Source of the DNA: Chitinophagaceae bacterium
GTDB taxonomy: Bacteria; Bacteroidota; Bacteroidia; Chitinophagales; Chitinophagaceae
Length of the DNA stretch: 64,000 bases
Reading direction: 5' to 3'
Assembly: GCA_031371545.1 (NCBI GenBank)
Contig: JANMJU010000026.1
Coordinates: 1,337 to 65,336 of the forward strand
Shown here: positions 1 through 10,440 of the stretch, piece by piece
Position numbering within the stretch: the stretch's first letter is position 1
Layout of the letters: every line of letters starts with the position of its first letter
Notes under the pieces: generated by a model
What the model saw: the letters and a program-made list of their open reading frames with translations, nothing else
Told to the model about the DNA's origin: nothing
Database searches by the model: none
Program-made: the position numbers and the translations under genes

Positions 1-1273
1 CTGAAACAAAACGGATATAATCCAAATCAACAGGGCGCTTTACAATGCCATTTGAAATAAATAAATCTTTATTGCCATCATTATCAAAATCAGCAAACAG
101 GGGCGACCAGCTCCAATCTGTTGCAGCCACACCACTTAGTAAACTTGTTTCGCTAAAGCTGGTTCCATTGCCGTTATTGCGTTGCAAGCAATTTTTTGAA
201 TTCTGATTTTGATAACCCTGTATTTCTAATTTTACTTTATAAGTATCCGGGTTTTCATCGCTGCCATAAGTTTTTAAAATCTTTTCATCAGCAGGCAGCA
301 TGTCTACAGTTACTATATCTAACTGCCCGTCGTTATTATAATCTGCAATATCGTTGCCCATACTAAAGCGGCTGTAATGCCCAAAATGTTTAGCGCCGCT
401 TTCTGTAAATGTTCCGTTCCCGTTATTTACATAGTAATAATCATTTTCATGAAAATCATTGCCGATATAAATATCATCCCAGCCATCATTGTTTATATCT
501 GCCACTGCTATCCCCAGGCCATAGCCAAGGTTACTTTGGTAAATGCCTGCCTGCTTAGATACTTCCATGAATTTTCCGGTGGTATTTAAATCATTCCGGT
601 ACAGCCTGTCTCCGGATGAACTGTCGTAGGTTCTTCGTTTACTGGTGTCTGATATATTAGCATGTGGGTGATGAGATTGGTTGAGAATATAACAATCCAA
701 ATCCCCATCATGGTCATAATCAAAAAAGGCTGATTGAGAAGTAAAGCAGGAAGTGTTCAACCCATACTGAGCTGATTTTTCTGTAAAAGTATTGTTGCCA
801 TTATTGATGTACAATTCATTGTGCCCCGTCAAACCATATTTGCCGCTTACAGTTGATACATAAATATCCAGCAGTCCATCGTTGTTTACATCTGCCATGG
901 TTACGCCGCTGCACCAGTCTGAAATACCGGACACGCCTGCTTTTGCAGTAATGTCTTCAAATTGAAAATTTCCTTTATTGAGGTAGAGTTTATTATTCCC
1001 TTTGCTGTTGGCGGTAAAATAAATATCATCCAGGCCATCATTGTTGATGTCGCCGGCAGCTACTCCGCCACCATTGTAATAATACAGGTAGTAGAGAATG
1101 TTGAGCATCTTTTTCTTTTCCAGGGTATTGGTAAATGTTACCTGTGTTTGTGATGCAGGCAGCGAAACGAAAAGATCTTTTCCATTACTCTTACCGCTGT
1201 TGCAGGATATTGAACCTGCAAGAATGAATGAGTAAATTGATACCCTGAATAATTGACTGGATTTACACAACAC
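1..1273 (-). CDS. CRTAC1/ASPIC-UnbV-type FG-GAP (VCBS) repeat lipoprotein; C-terminus runs off the window
   Basis: Absent from the ORF track because there is no stop inside the window. My minus-strand translation from GTG 1273 / TTG 1270 gives ...SIYSFILAGSISCNSGK (lipobox). This is followed by repeated GDINNDGLDDIY, DVNNDGLLDIY, DYDHDGDLD, DINNDGWDDIY and DYNNDGQLD motifs, open down to position 1. Confidence 0.75.
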   Translation of the reverse strand, partial: MLCKSSQLFRVSIYSFILAGSISCNSGKSNGKDLFVSLPASQTQVTFTNTLEKKKMLNILYYLYYYNGGGVAAGDINNDGLDDIYFTANSKGNNKLYLNKGNFQFEDITAKAGVSGISDWCSGVTMADVNNDGLLDIYVSTVSGKYGLTGHNELYINNGNNTFTEKSAQYGLNTSCFTSQSAFFDYDHDGDLDCYILNQSHHPHANISDTSKRRTYDSSSGDRLYRNDLNTTGKFMEVSKQAGIYQSNLGYGLGIAVADINNDGWDDIYIGNDFHENDYYYVNNGNGTFTESGAKHFGHYSRFSMGNDIADYNNDGQLDIVTVDMLPADEKILKTYGSDENPDTYKVKLEIQGYQNQNSKNCLQRNNGNGTSFSETSLLSGVAATDWSWSPLFADFDNDGNKDLFISNGIVKRPVDLDYIRFVS

Positions 1274-1366
1274 CGTTAACGTTTTTACAATTGACAGATA
1301 AATTAAAGGGCCGCACATTCGTACAAGCCCTTTAATAATATTCGAATATTTATGAGGAACTTTCTC

Positions 1367-2200
1367 TTATAGCTTACTATTATACAATGCTTGTACTTCA
1401 GATGCAGAGAGAGCTTTGCCGTATAAACGGAACTGATCCATTTTGCCCGTAAAACCATTAATCCATCCATCAGTGGGACCATCTAAACCAGCATGTTTAT
1501 TCCAACCTCCCAAAACTAAATTAGTTGCATTTTTCAAATCAAGCTTACCCAGCGGTGCGCCATTAGCTGTAAAATCAGCTGAAGTTCCCGGAGTTGGAAC
1601 AGGTTGTCCATCATAGTAAATTGTTAGATGAGAAGTGGTTTCATCATAGGCAAATGCTAAATGATGCCATTGTCCATCAAGCAGTGGTTTATTAAAATTA
1701 TCATTAAACTCAATCCAATGATCCATCAATGCAAACTTAAATGTACAAACACCAACTGTTGCTGCATGTTCTACCAATAAAAAGGCAGCACTTCCATGCC
1801 AGTAATCCTTACTTACCAAGGAAAAATAAAGCTCTGTATTAGGATTTGTACTGTTGTTTACCCACATAGAGATAGTGCAGCTTGTTACTCCTTTAAAATC
1901 ATTGGCAGAAGGATATTTTATTGCTTTTGCGCCATCCGCCTGAAAGCCTTTTCCATTTACACCATCTACTGAGGCTAAAGGATTATCACTTGCAAAATTT
2001 GCCCTTATGCTGTCCACTGCATTCATTAAAGGATCGGCTGTTGTGCCATCAAATGCTGCATAGAATTTTAGTGGGCCACCGGGAGGGTTTGCATCCTGTG
2101 GATAAGTTCCCAATTGTGGCCGGTTCATCTTTTGGCAACCTGAAGCTATTAGTACAACAGCACAAGTGAAAGTCAAAAGTTTTAAAATATTATTTTTCAT
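1367..2200 (-). CDS. LamG/concanavalin-A-like lectin domain lipoprotein (PUL accessory protein)
   Basis: 277 aa with signal peptide and lipobox (VLIASGC). C-terminal GKMDQFRLYGKALSASEV is typical of LamG-type jelly rolls. Sits directly downstream of SusD. Confidence 0.6.
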   Translation of the reverse strand: MKNNILKLLTFTCAVVLIASGCQKMNRPQLGTYPQDANPPGGPLKFYAAFDGTTADPLMNAVDSIRANFASDNPLASVDGVNGKGFQADGAKAIKYPSANDFKGVTSCTISMWVNNSTNPNTELYFSLVSKDYWHGSAAFLLVEHAATVGVCTFKFALMDHWIEFNDNFNKPLLDGQWHHLAFAYDETTSHLTIYYDGQPVPTPGTSADFTANGAPLGKLDLKNATNLVLGGWNKHAGLDGPTDGWINGFTGKMDQFRLYGKALSASEVQALYNSKL

Positions 2201-2238
2201 AATTAAAAATTTTAATAGTTATTGTTTTCGATACAGTT

Positions 2239-3759
2239 CTACCACTCTGGGTTTTGAATTAAAACACCGCCTGATTTATCAATTGCCGGTTGTGGTATTG
2301 GGTAAAACCTGCACCTGTTTGTGTAGCCCAATGAGCTAAGAACAGATACAGCATCATCCCATCTAACCAGGTCGAAAAACCTTTCTCCTTCCAGCCCAAA
2401 TTCAGCCCTGCGTTCTTTTTTTATCGCCGTTCTCATCTGTGCCTGATCGGTAAAGGTAACAGCCGGCATACTAACCCTTGCCCTTACCTGGTTTAGCAAT
2501 GTGGCAGCAGCGGCTCCATTACCAGTTTCATTATTACATTCAGCAGCCATTAATAATACATCGGCATAGCGGAGTATCCGGTGGTTAATCCAGTAAGCGC
2601 CATCCAGCCATCCGGTAGAAGCTCTCATTGCTGGGTCTGCATATACTTTTTTATTCCAGTATTTCCTTGGCAACGGACCGGCTGGTACATCATAAATTGA
2701 ATTGGGCAGTGTTCCTCCATATCCTCCTGTAGAAGGGTCGTCTGACTTTCCGGAAAATAATACAGAAGAACCCAATCTCGGATCTCCTGCTTCGAAAGAA
2801 TTTACAAAATCATCAGTTGGTGTATTCCAGCCCCAGCCTAAATTCCAGCCAGATGCAGTAGAAGCTCTTACACCCTGGCAAGTGGCATACCATGATCCAA
2901 AATCATCTGTTTTATTAGGACCGCTGTAGGACTGTAATTCAAAAATAGACTCACTGCAATTTTCGCCGGCATCTTTAAATATTCCATAATAGCTGGAAAA
3001 TAAAGAATAAGTGCCAGAGCCAATTACCTGTTGGCAAAGACCCAATGTACTGCTCCAGTTTTTTCTGAATAAAAATGCTTTGGCCTGCAATGTTTTGGCA
3101 GCACCGCTTGTAAGGCGCCCTGGGTATTGGCTTCCCCAACTCACTGGCAAATTTGCTGCTGCAAACTGTAGGTCTGCATCTATTAAAGCATAAATATCTG
3201 CGATAGGTGATTTGGCAATATTAGCCTGGGAAGCTTCGTACACCCTGAAATCAATTTTAGGTACTTCACCAAAAGTTCTTACCATATCGAAATAAGCATA
3301 AGCCCTGAAAAACTTTGCTTCGGCTATATTTTTTTGAGATGCAGGATCATTGGTAAGCCCTAAAGAATCTGCTGTTTGCAATGCGGTATTTGCTTTGTTA
3401 ATCAGGTTATAGTGGCCATCCCAATAAGTATTGGTAGCCCATAAATCTTTTACATAAGCGTAGTGATCAAAAGGGGCCACCCACTCTGCGCCATCAGCCT
3501 GGTCACTTCCTTTTTCAGAATCATCCGATCTAAAATTGTGTACTGCCTGCCATGGAATTCCTCCGAAGGCCTGCCCGTCATCATAATTTTCTGCACTGCT
3601 GTATAACCCGAAAATCAATCCTTCTACACCACCCTGGTTCAGGTCATCTAAGGTTGCTGTCAATGGTTTACGGTCTAGATATTTTTTACAGCTCCCTATC
3701 ATAAATAAAAGCGGGAGAAATATAAGAATACTTCCTAGTAGCCTGATATTCTTTTTCAT
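2239..3759 (-). CDS. SusD/RagB family nutrient-binding outer-membrane lipoprotein
   Basis: 506 aa with lipobox MIGSC. TPR-like N-terminal half (AKFFRAYAYFDMVRTFGEVP) and C-terminal ERRAEFGLEGERFFDLVRW motif. Immediately downstream of SusC. Confidence 0.9.
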   Translation of the reverse strand: MKKNIRLLGSILIFLPLLFMIGSCKKYLDRKPLTATLDDLNQGGVEGLIFGLYSSAENYDDGQAFGGIPWQAVHNFRSDDSEKGSDQADGAEWVAPFDHYAYVKDLWATNTYWDGHYNLINKANTALQTADSLGLTNDPASQKNIAEAKFFRAYAYFDMVRTFGEVPKIDFRVYEASQANIAKSPIADIYALIDADLQFAAANLPVSWGSQYPGRLTSGAAKTLQAKAFLFRKNWSSTLGLCQQVIGSGTYSLFSSYYGIFKDAGENCSESIFELQSYSGPNKTDDFGSWYATCQGVRASTASGWNLGWGWNTPTDDFVNSFEAGDPRLGSSVLFSGKSDDPSTGGYGGTLPNSIYDVPAGPLPRKYWNKKVYADPAMRASTGWLDGAYWINHRILRYADVLLMAAECNNETGNGAAAATLLNQVRARVSMPAVTFTDQAQMRTAIKKERRAEFGLEGERFFDLVRWDDAVSVLSSLGYTNRCRFYPIPQPAIDKSGGVLIQNPEW

Positions 3760-3779
3760 ATTTTTTAATTTTTTGTAGT

Positions 3780-6700
3780 TTAAAAAGTTACGTTTAATCC
3801 AAATGTGGATACCATTGGAATTGCACCTCCTGCATTGTCCACACCAAATGAAATAGCAGATCCGCCAAACTCAGGAGTATAGCCCAAATTGTGTTTCCAG
3901 GTTTTTAAATTTTGTGCATTGAAAAATACCCTTAGATTTTTAATTTTCAATTTTGAAATCAACTTCTGGTCAATATTGTATCCAACCTGAACATTTCTGA
4001 GCCTGAAATAACTTCCGTCTTCAATACCATAAGTAGATGCTTCATAATTGATCCTGTGATCCTGTCCTAAAATAGGATCCCAGTTGGAAGTACCTTCGCC
4101 ATGCCACCTGTTTATTTTATAAGCACCGTAGTTAACCCTTTGGAAAGGAGATTCTGTACCACCCCAGTTTCTATACACTTCATTTCCGTACACGCCACCA
4201 AAATCAAATCCTGCATCAAAGTTTTTATATTTAAAACTGATGGATCCGCCATAAGTAAAATCAGGAGTTGGATTGCCGATAATTGTTTTGTCATCAGTAT
4301 TAATTTTACCATCTCCATTTACATCCTTGTATTTAAAATCGCCCGGGCCATAAACAAATTCAGTGTTTACCGGTGATTTTAATTTATCTGCATAAGACTG
4401 ATAAAGCCCCTCAACAATATAACCATAAAAAGAGCCAATAGGCTGGCCTACTACAGTTCTGTTTAAACCTTGCACTATTGCAAAATCCTTAGTTGCCAGT
4501 TCCAGTACTTTATTTTTGTAAGTAGTTAAGTTGCCGCTTACAGTAACCGAGAAATCTTTATTGATTTTTTGGATCCAGCTTCCACTCAATTCAATACCTG
4601 AATTTTTTATACTTCCGATATTGTCCAGGCCATTAGCAACTCCGTTGCTGCCGGGAATAAATGTCATCAGGTCTTTTGTTACTTTATCAAAATAGGCTGC
4701 TTCAAAATGCAGGCGATTGCTGAATGCAGAAAGCTCAACTCCCACTTCTTTTGCATTTACAGTCTCCCATTTCAGGTTTGGATTAGGTAAGTATTCCTGT
4801 GAATTCGCTCTGTAAATATTGTTGCCGAAAATAGCAACCGTACCTTGTCTCAAGCCTGGGTAAAATGGATAATCGTAACCATAAGTATTTTGGTTGCCCA
4901 ATACACCAATAGAAGCCTTCAATTTTATGAAATCAAAATATTTCTGATCTCTCATGAAATTTTCTTTTGAAATTTCCCATGCACCACCAACTGCCCAAAA
5001 GTTTTGCCAGCGGTTGGCCGGTGAAATTTGGGAAGAGCCATCCCGGCGGAAAGATGCATTGATAAAATATTTTCCACCATAGTTGTACAATACTCTGAAT
5101 AAGGCAGACTCTGTTGTTCTTTCTCTTTGATCAGAGTTTGCTCTCCTGGAAGGGCCGTCTTCAAATCCATTGCTTACATACCAAAATCTTTGATCATCAG
5201 GAATAGCACCCCCTGTGGCACTTTGTTTTGAAGAAGCACTTCTATTGAAGTTTCCAAAATAATAAGTAGTCCATCCTGCAACAGCAGTTATATTATTGTT
5301 GCCGATGCTTGTTTTGTAATTCAGGATATAATCCTGCTGGAATTTTTTATAAGTTTGGTCATTTTCATCTACTCCTGTTTTAGTACTGTATAAAAAAGCA
5401 GCATCCACAGAAGCATCGTAAGCACTGTAAAGCGGCGTATAAGTCCTTGTATTTACATTACTCATATCAGCATAAAAAGTTGTTTTAAAACTTAAATTTT
5501 TGAGTATGTTTATTTCGGCAAATACACTGGCCACCGTTCTGTATTCTACATTCTTTCTTTTATTCCACTCGTTTTCCAGTTGTATCAATGGGTTTACCAC
5601 CCCAGAATTTTGAATAGATGGTAATGCATAATAAAGGTTATAATTCGCACTATCCAATCCATAAGGATTTTTGGTATAAACCGATTTTGTTCCTGCCGGC
5701 ACAATTGGGATTACTTTTCTTGCATCATTCAAAACGTTGGTAGCATTGTAAGGTTGATTTTGTCTTACGCCATTAAAATTAAACCCAACTTTTATTGATT
5801 TGTTCAGTTTTAATTCATCTGTTAAAGAAAAAAGGATCTTCTCTAGTTTTTCATGCCTGATAAGCCCCTCATCACTAGAGAACCCAACACCCATTGTAAA
5901 TTTATTTCTTTCAGTACTGGTAGCTACGCTCAGGTTGTTGGTATTAAAATGGCCTGTTCTTGTTACAACGTCCACCCAGTCAGTGTTGGCTGTCCACTTT
6001 GAATAATCAAATGGGTCTGTTACGTTGATATTTACTTTTTCTTCTTCATACAATGTTTTAAACTGGTCTGAGTTGGCCCACTGAATTTTATCCACTAATT
6101 TCTTAAAGCCATAAGAAGTATTAAAGTTGATAACAACCTGGCCAGCCTTGGCCCTTTTGGTAGTTATGGCAATAACACCAGCAGCTCCTCTTACTCCAAA
6201 AATAGCCAGGGAAGAAGGATCTTTTAATATTTCAATAGACTCAATGTCATTGGGATTGATGTAGTCAATATTGTCATTAAAAACGCCATCAACAACATAC
6301 AAAGGACTAACAGAACCAATACTGATAGTACCACGGATACGGATATCTGGCGCTGCACCCGGTGTGCCATTATTTACAATTGATAACCCGGCAACTTTTC
6401 CCTGCAGTGAAGCTACCGGGTTGGTGTTGGGTTTATCAGCAATATCTTTTCCACTAACTTTAACAATAGACCCAGTCAAATCTCTCTTGCTGGCAGTACC
6501 ATATCCAATCACCACCACTTCATCCAGCCCCTTGGTAGATGTTTTCAGCGATACATTTATTTCAGCTCTGCCATTTACAACTTCTTCTATTGTTTCGTAC
6601 CCAACAGATGAAAAAACAAGTGTAGCTCCTTCAGGTACTGAGATGGAAAAAGTACCTGCTGCGGTAGTAGAAGTTCCTGCTGCAGAGCCTTTAATCCTTA

Positions 6701-7175
6701 CGGTAACATTCGGCAGCGCTTCACCATTAGGCCCGGTCACTTTACCTGACACTTTGATATCTTGTACCAAAAAATCCTTTTGGGTAATTACTACCAGGTT
6801 GTTATCCAGAATTTTGTAAATGAGTGCTGTTTCTTTCAATATCATATCCAGCACGTCTTTTACCAGGATGTTGTTAGCATCAATGTTTATTTTACGCTTG
6901 GCAGATATTACATCGTCATTGTACAAAAAACGATAGATGCTTTTTTTCTCAATTTGCCTCAGGGCAGTTTTGAGTTCAGCAGATTCCAGCTTGAGGGTAA
7001 TCCTCTCCTGCGAATAGGTTTTGGCTGATACCTGCATCGTGGTAAACAGCAATAAGGCGATGGTAAATTTCATAAGCAGTAACAATTTGTAAATGCTTCG
7101 ATTTTTAGAAGCAAGCACTCGTTTGGTTTTTTTCATATTTTTATGTTTTGGTAGATGAAAAATGGGAACAATCAC
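3780..7175 (-). CDS. SusC/RagA family TonB-linked outer-membrane protein with N-terminal STN signalling domain
   Basis: 1131 aa. Contains an STN-like segment (ERITLKLESAELKTALRQIEKKSIYRFLY) and a carboxypeptidase-regulatory-like domain (VSGKVTGPNGEALPNVTVRIKG). Also has a plug (DEVVVIGYGT, IESIEILKD) and a barrel ending in F. The real start is probably ATG 7136 (MKKTKRV). Confidence 0.92.
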   Translation of the reverse strand: MIVPIFHLPKHKNMKKTKRVLASKNRSIYKLLLLMKFTIALLLFTTMQVSAKTYSQERITLKLESAELKTALRQIEKKSIYRFLYNDDVISAKRKINIDANNILVKDVLDMILKETALIYKILDNNLVVITQKDFLVQDIKVSGKVTGPNGEALPNVTVRIKGSAAGTSTTAAGTFSISVPEGATLVFSSVGYETIEEVVNGRAEINVSLKTSTKGLDEVVVIGYGTASKRDLTGSIVKVSGKDIADKPNTNPVASLQGKVAGLSIVNNGTPGAAPDIRIRGTISIGSVSPLYVVDGVFNDNIDYINPNDIESIEILKDPSSLAIFGVRGAAGVIAITTKRAKAGQVVINFNTSYGFKKLVDKIQWANSDQFKTLYEEEKVNINVTDPFDYSKWTANTDWVDVVTRTGHFNTNNLSVATSTERNKFTMGVGFSSDEGLIRHEKLEKILFSLTDELKLNKSIKVGFNFNGVRQNQPYNATNVLNDARKVIPIVPAGTKSVYTKNPYGLDSANYNLYYALPSIQNSGVVNPLIQLENEWNKRKNVEYRTVASVFAEINILKNLSFKTTFYADMSNVNTRTYTPLYSAYDASVDAAFLYSTKTGVDENDQTYKKFQQDYILNYKTSIGNNNITAVAGWTTYYFGNFNRSASSKQSATGGAIPDDQRFWYVSNGFEDGPSRRANSDQRERTTESALFRVLYNYGGKYFINASFRRDGSSQISPANRWQNFWAVGGAWEISKENFMRDQKYFDFIKLKASIGVLGNQNTYGYDYPFYPGLRQGTVAIFGNNIYRANSQEYLPNPNLKWETVNAKEVGVELSAFSNRLHFEAAYFDKVTKDLMTFIPGSNGVANGLDNIGSIKNSGIELSGSWIQKINKDFSVTVSGNLTTYKNKVLELATKDFAIVQGLNRTVVGQPIGSFYGYIVEGLYQSYADKLKSPVNTEFVYGPGDFKYKDVNGDGKINTDDKTIIGNPTPDFTYGGSISFKYKNFDAGFDFGGVYGNEVYRNWGGTESPFQRVNYGAYKINRWHGEGTSNWDPILGQDHRINYEASTYGIEDGSYFRLRNVQVGYNIDQKLISKLKIKNLRVFFNAQNLKTWKHNLGYTPEFGGSAISFGVDNAGGAIPMVSTFGLNVTF

Positions 7176-7295
7176 GGCCTTAGTACAGCATGTATGTTTT
7201 CTCTTTTTTATTACTATCCGGGGGAAATGTTAGCGCATTTCCCCTTTTTAGTTTTGTTTATGTTTATCAGGATGTATTATAAGTGTTTTGTTGTT

Positions 7296-8447
7296 TCATT
7301 TTTTTATTGAATTATTTTTAGAGATAATGATGTTGTTATTTTTTATGCTGTAAGAAAACCTTGTCGTTAGCTCCAATGCATTTAAAGCTTCCCTTACTGT
7401 TTCTTTCTCAAAACTTCCTGTTAGAGATGCTTTTTTTAATGCCCCATCAGCAAATTCAATATTTACACTGTACCAGCGCTCCATCTTTAAGGCAACATCT
7501 TCGAAGGTTTCGCTGCTAAAGATTAAACGATTTTGTACCCAGGCTGTTTCTATTAAAGTGTTATCGGCAGGGTAAAAAGTCAGGTGACTAAGGGATATGA
7601 TTGGCTTTTCATCCGTCGCTTTGGGCAAAAGTGGCCGAATAGAAGTTTGTTGTGTGCTTTTTACTACTGGTGCTTCCTGGTTATTAATGATCAGTTTTTC
7701 ATTTGGCTTCAGCATTATTTTTTCCTGGCGGTCTTTTAAAGTTACTTCAATGCTGCCCCTGATTAAACTGGTCTCGGTAGTTTTTTCGCCTGGGTAACAT
7801 TTTACATTGAATGCTGTACCCAATACTTTAATATCCATTTTAGTGGTATGAATTAAAAATGGTTTCTCTGCATTTTTAACCACATCAAAATAAGCTTCCC
7901 CCACCAGGTTTACTTCTCTGAGTTTGTTTCCATAATTTTTTTCGTAGGTTAACTGGCTGCTTGAATTGAGCCAAACCTTGGTTCCGTCAGGAAGTACCAG
8001 GTTAGTTTTAGAGCCATTTTTTGTATTGATTTCATTTTTAGAATGAACTTCTGCAAGGTCTTTTGAAGGAGCTTTTTTATTTCTATAGAAAAAAATACCG
8101 CCGGTAATAAGCGCCAGTGTGGCAAATGAACAAAGAGCTATCAGCCATTTTCTTCCGCCACCTTTTTTCTCCTCTTGTTCCCGATTAATATAATGATCGT
8201 CCTGGGTAAATTTCCCTTCATCAATACCCATGGTTTTCATTTGCTGCACCAGTTCTTTATACCTGTTTTCGGCATATTGGCTGTCTGGAATGGGATTGTT
8301 TTGCCACAGGTCGTGCAATATCTCTTTGGAGTAATTAATATGTGGATCCAGTCTCACAAGGCGATCCAGTTCAGATAACTCTTCGGGAGAAGCTTCTCCC
8401 GAAAGCTTCCTTGCCATTAATACCCATATTTGTTCTGAGTTATCCAA
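7296..8447 (-). CDS. FecR family anti-sigma factor
   Basis: 383 aa with a single TM (WLIALCSFATLALITGGIFFY). FecR-type periplasmic domain (LPDGTKVWLNSSSQLTY, GEAYFDV). Lies between the ECF sigma gene and the STN-bearing SusC. Confidence 0.85.
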   Translation of the reverse strand: MDNSEQIWVLMARKLSGEASPEELSELDRLVRLDPHINYSKEILHDLWQNNPIPDSQYAENRYKELVQQMKTMGIDEGKFTQDDHYINREQEEKKGGGRKWLIALCSFATLALITGGIFFYRNKKAPSKDLAEVHSKNEINTKNGSKTNLVLPDGTKVWLNSSSQLTYEKNYGNKLREVNLVGEAYFDVVKNAEKPFLIHTTKMDIKVLGTAFNVKCYPGEKTTETSLIRGSIEVTLKDRQEKIMLKPNEKLIINNQEAPVVKSTQQTSIRPLLPKATDEKPIISLSHLTFYPADNTLIETAWVQNRLIFSSETFEDVALKMERWYSVNIEFADGALKKASLTGSFEKETVREALNALELTTRFSYSIKNNNIIISKNNSIKK

Positions 8448-8539
8448 TATTATTGTTATGTAAAGTAATTAGACACCATTATCCTCTAAATCTACCAAAG
8501 GCAAAAAAAATATTTTTAAAAGAATGGAGTAAGGATGAA

Positions 8540-9109
8540 TTACTTATGTTCCTTTTTTAGATCAAAATTGATGGCGCTGCTGATTTTTTTTAAAGCAATG
8601 GCCATTTGATTGTCGATGGTTTTCACAGAAATGTTCAGCAGCCGGGCAATATCATTGTATCGCAGCCTGTCTTCTTTTACCAGTTTAAAAATCAGCTTAC
8701 ACCTGGGAGGCAGTTTTTGAATTTCATGGTTTATTTTCTTTACCGCCTCCGAGGTAATCAGTAATTGCTCGGGGTTGTAAGGCCCCATTGGAATATTTAT
8801 GGACATCTCTTCAAGAGAAATGATATTCTTTCTAAAATGCCGGGATAAATAATTAAGTGCGGTGTTTTTGGTACTTACATAGAGGTAAAGCTTGAAATTG
8901 TCAATCTTTCCAATCTCTGCCCTGTTTTGCCATATTTTGATAAATACATCCAAAACAATCTCTTCTGCAAGTTCATTGTTCTTAATAATTGAATTGGCAA
9001 ACTTCAGCAAATAAGGCATGTAAGCAATATACATTTGGGCATAAGCATGCTGATCGCCATATTGACTAATTTTTAATTGTAGCTCTTTGACTTCCTGTGG
9101 AGTAATCAT
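8540..9109 (-). CDS. ECF (sigma-70 family) RNA polymerase sigma factor
   Basis: 189 aa. Region 2 (EEIVLDVFIKIWQNR) and region 4 HTH (YNDIARLLNISVKTIDNQMAIALKK). Upstream of FecR. Confidence 0.88.
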   Translation of the reverse strand: MITPQEVKELQLKISQYGDQHAYAQMYIAYMPYLLKFANSIIKNNELAEEIVLDVFIKIWQNRAEIGKIDNFKLYLYVSTKNTALNYLSRHFRKNIISLEEMSINIPMGPYNPEQLLITSEAVKKINHEIQKLPPRCKLIFKLVKEDRLRYNDIARLLNISVKTIDNQMAIALKKISSAINFDLKKEHK

Positions 9110-9454
9110 ATAGCAGTTTCGGTATTAATGCAATCGTTTGGTGTTGATGCAATTTAATAAAAACTATTTTCTATTTTACAAACTATTTATAAATATTTAT
9201 GCTTATAAATTGGTATTTGTAAAATCACGCTATTTTAATAAAGCAATGTTGAAGAAAACAAAAATCTCTTTACTGCAGATTATTTTATAAAAACATCTTT
9301 ATCAATTATTGATTTTACTTACTTTTGCAATCCTTTATCAGGTTTCGGTTTACAGGTTTATTCCGAAATTTATTTAAGTGGATTAAAAAATCAAATAACC
9401 CAGCTGCTTTTTTATAAGCAGTTGTACCAATAAAAATCTTTCTTGAAAAAGAAA

Positions 9455-9531
9455 GGGCCTATAGCTCAGTTGGTTAGAGCACCTGACTCATAATCAGGTG
9501 GTCCCTGGTTCGAGCCCAGGTGGGCCCACCA
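9455..9531 (+). tRNA. tRNA with CAT anticodon (elongator Met or lysidine-modified Ile2), CCA encoded
   Basis: GGGCCTA acceptor arm pairs with TGGGCCC. D-arm AGCTCAGTTGGTTAGAGC, anticodon stem CCTGA/TCAGG with loop CTCATAA, and T-arm GGTTCGAGCCC. C4:G69 and C5:G68 resemble E. coli tRNA-Ile2, but identity is not settled. Confidence 0.93.
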
Positions 9532-9540
9532 AACAAAACT

Positions 9541-9567
9541 TGCCCGAAATATTTCGGGCAGTTTTTT
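9541..9567 (+). terminator. Intrinsic terminator after the tRNA
   Basis: Perfect 20-nt palindrome TGCCCGAAATATTTCGGGCA followed by GTTTTTT. Confidence 0.8.
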
Positions 9568-9631
9568 ATATGTTCATTTAACCTTTCATTAACCCCGATG
9601 GCGGGTATTTTTGTTACTCAAGATTACATTT

Positions 9632-10354
9632 ATGAAGAAAATCGTTTTTACCTTATTTGCCTTTAGCTCTTTTTTAATCTCTGCTGCCCAAACAACCAAG
9701 AAAGACTGGAAAAAAACAACTTTAGAACAACCCGGCGATCATATTATGCTTCAATTAACCAGCGACCACTGGGCTGGTGCTCCAGATAGCATTACTAACA
9801 GAATGGCTGGCTTATCAAGAGGGCTGGGTATATCTATTATGCTTAACAAGCCTTTTAAGACAGACCCTCACTGGGCTGTGGCTTTTGGTTTGGGTATAAA
9901 TGGAAGCAGTATGTTTTTTAAGAATACAGACATTGGTATTACTTCAACAGGAACCGTACTTCCTTTTAAAAATGCAGACTCTACCGACCATTTTAAAAAA
10001 TATAAATTAGTTACTGTATTTGCCGAAGTCCCTGTTGAGTTGCGATATACTTTTAACCCAGAAAAAGAAAATAAAAGCTGGAAGGCCGCCCTTGGACTAA
10101 AAATAGGTACTATGATAAATGCCCACACAAAAGGAAAGACTTTGCAAAACAGCAGTGGGACCACCATTAATTCTTACACTTTAAAAGAAAGTAAAAAAAC
10201 ATTTTTTAATGGCACTCGTGTAGTAGCAACAGCAAGGGTAGGAGTAGGTGCTTTTTCTTTAGTTGGAACATACCAACTTTCTACATTATTAAAAGATGGC
10301 GCCGGTGCAGATATCAGACCTTACCAAATTGGGATTTGCATCAGCGGTTTATAG
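9632..10354 (+). CDS. Outer-membrane beta-barrel (OMP_b-brl_2 / PorT-like) protein
   Basis: Signal peptide MKKIVFTLFAFSSFLISAAQ and alternating beta-strand pattern. The track ORF starts at TTG 9611; ATG 9632 is more plausible. Confidence 0.6.
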   Translation: MKKIVFTLFAFSSFLISAAQTTKKDWKKTTLEQPGDHIMLQLTSDHWAGAPDSITNRMAGLSRGLGISIMLNKPFKTDPHWAVAFGLGINGSSMFFKNTDIGITSTGTVLPFKNADSTDHFKKYKLVTVFAEVPVELRYTFNPEKENKSWKAALGLKIGTMINAHTKGKTLQNSSGTTINSYTLKESKKTFFNGTRVVATARVGVGAFSLVGTYQLSTLLKDGAGADIRPYQIGICISGL

Positions 10355-10440
10355 TTAACCAAAATTATATTTCATCCCTCCGCTATTCAACGGAGGGATT
10401 TTTGTTTTACATCAGTTAACTTTACCACTCATTTCACATC

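Noticed and set aside
1305-1333. AAAGGGC...GCCCTTT hairpin between the LamG and FG-GAP genes, considered as a terminator
   Set aside because: It has a 15-nt loop and no U-tract on the coding (minus) strand, and the two genes are probably co-transcribed within the PUL.
6271-6819. 182-aa ORF on the plus strand
   Set aside because: Antisense shadow ORF inside the SusC gene. The same applies to the other short plus-strand ORFs between 3780 and 7175.
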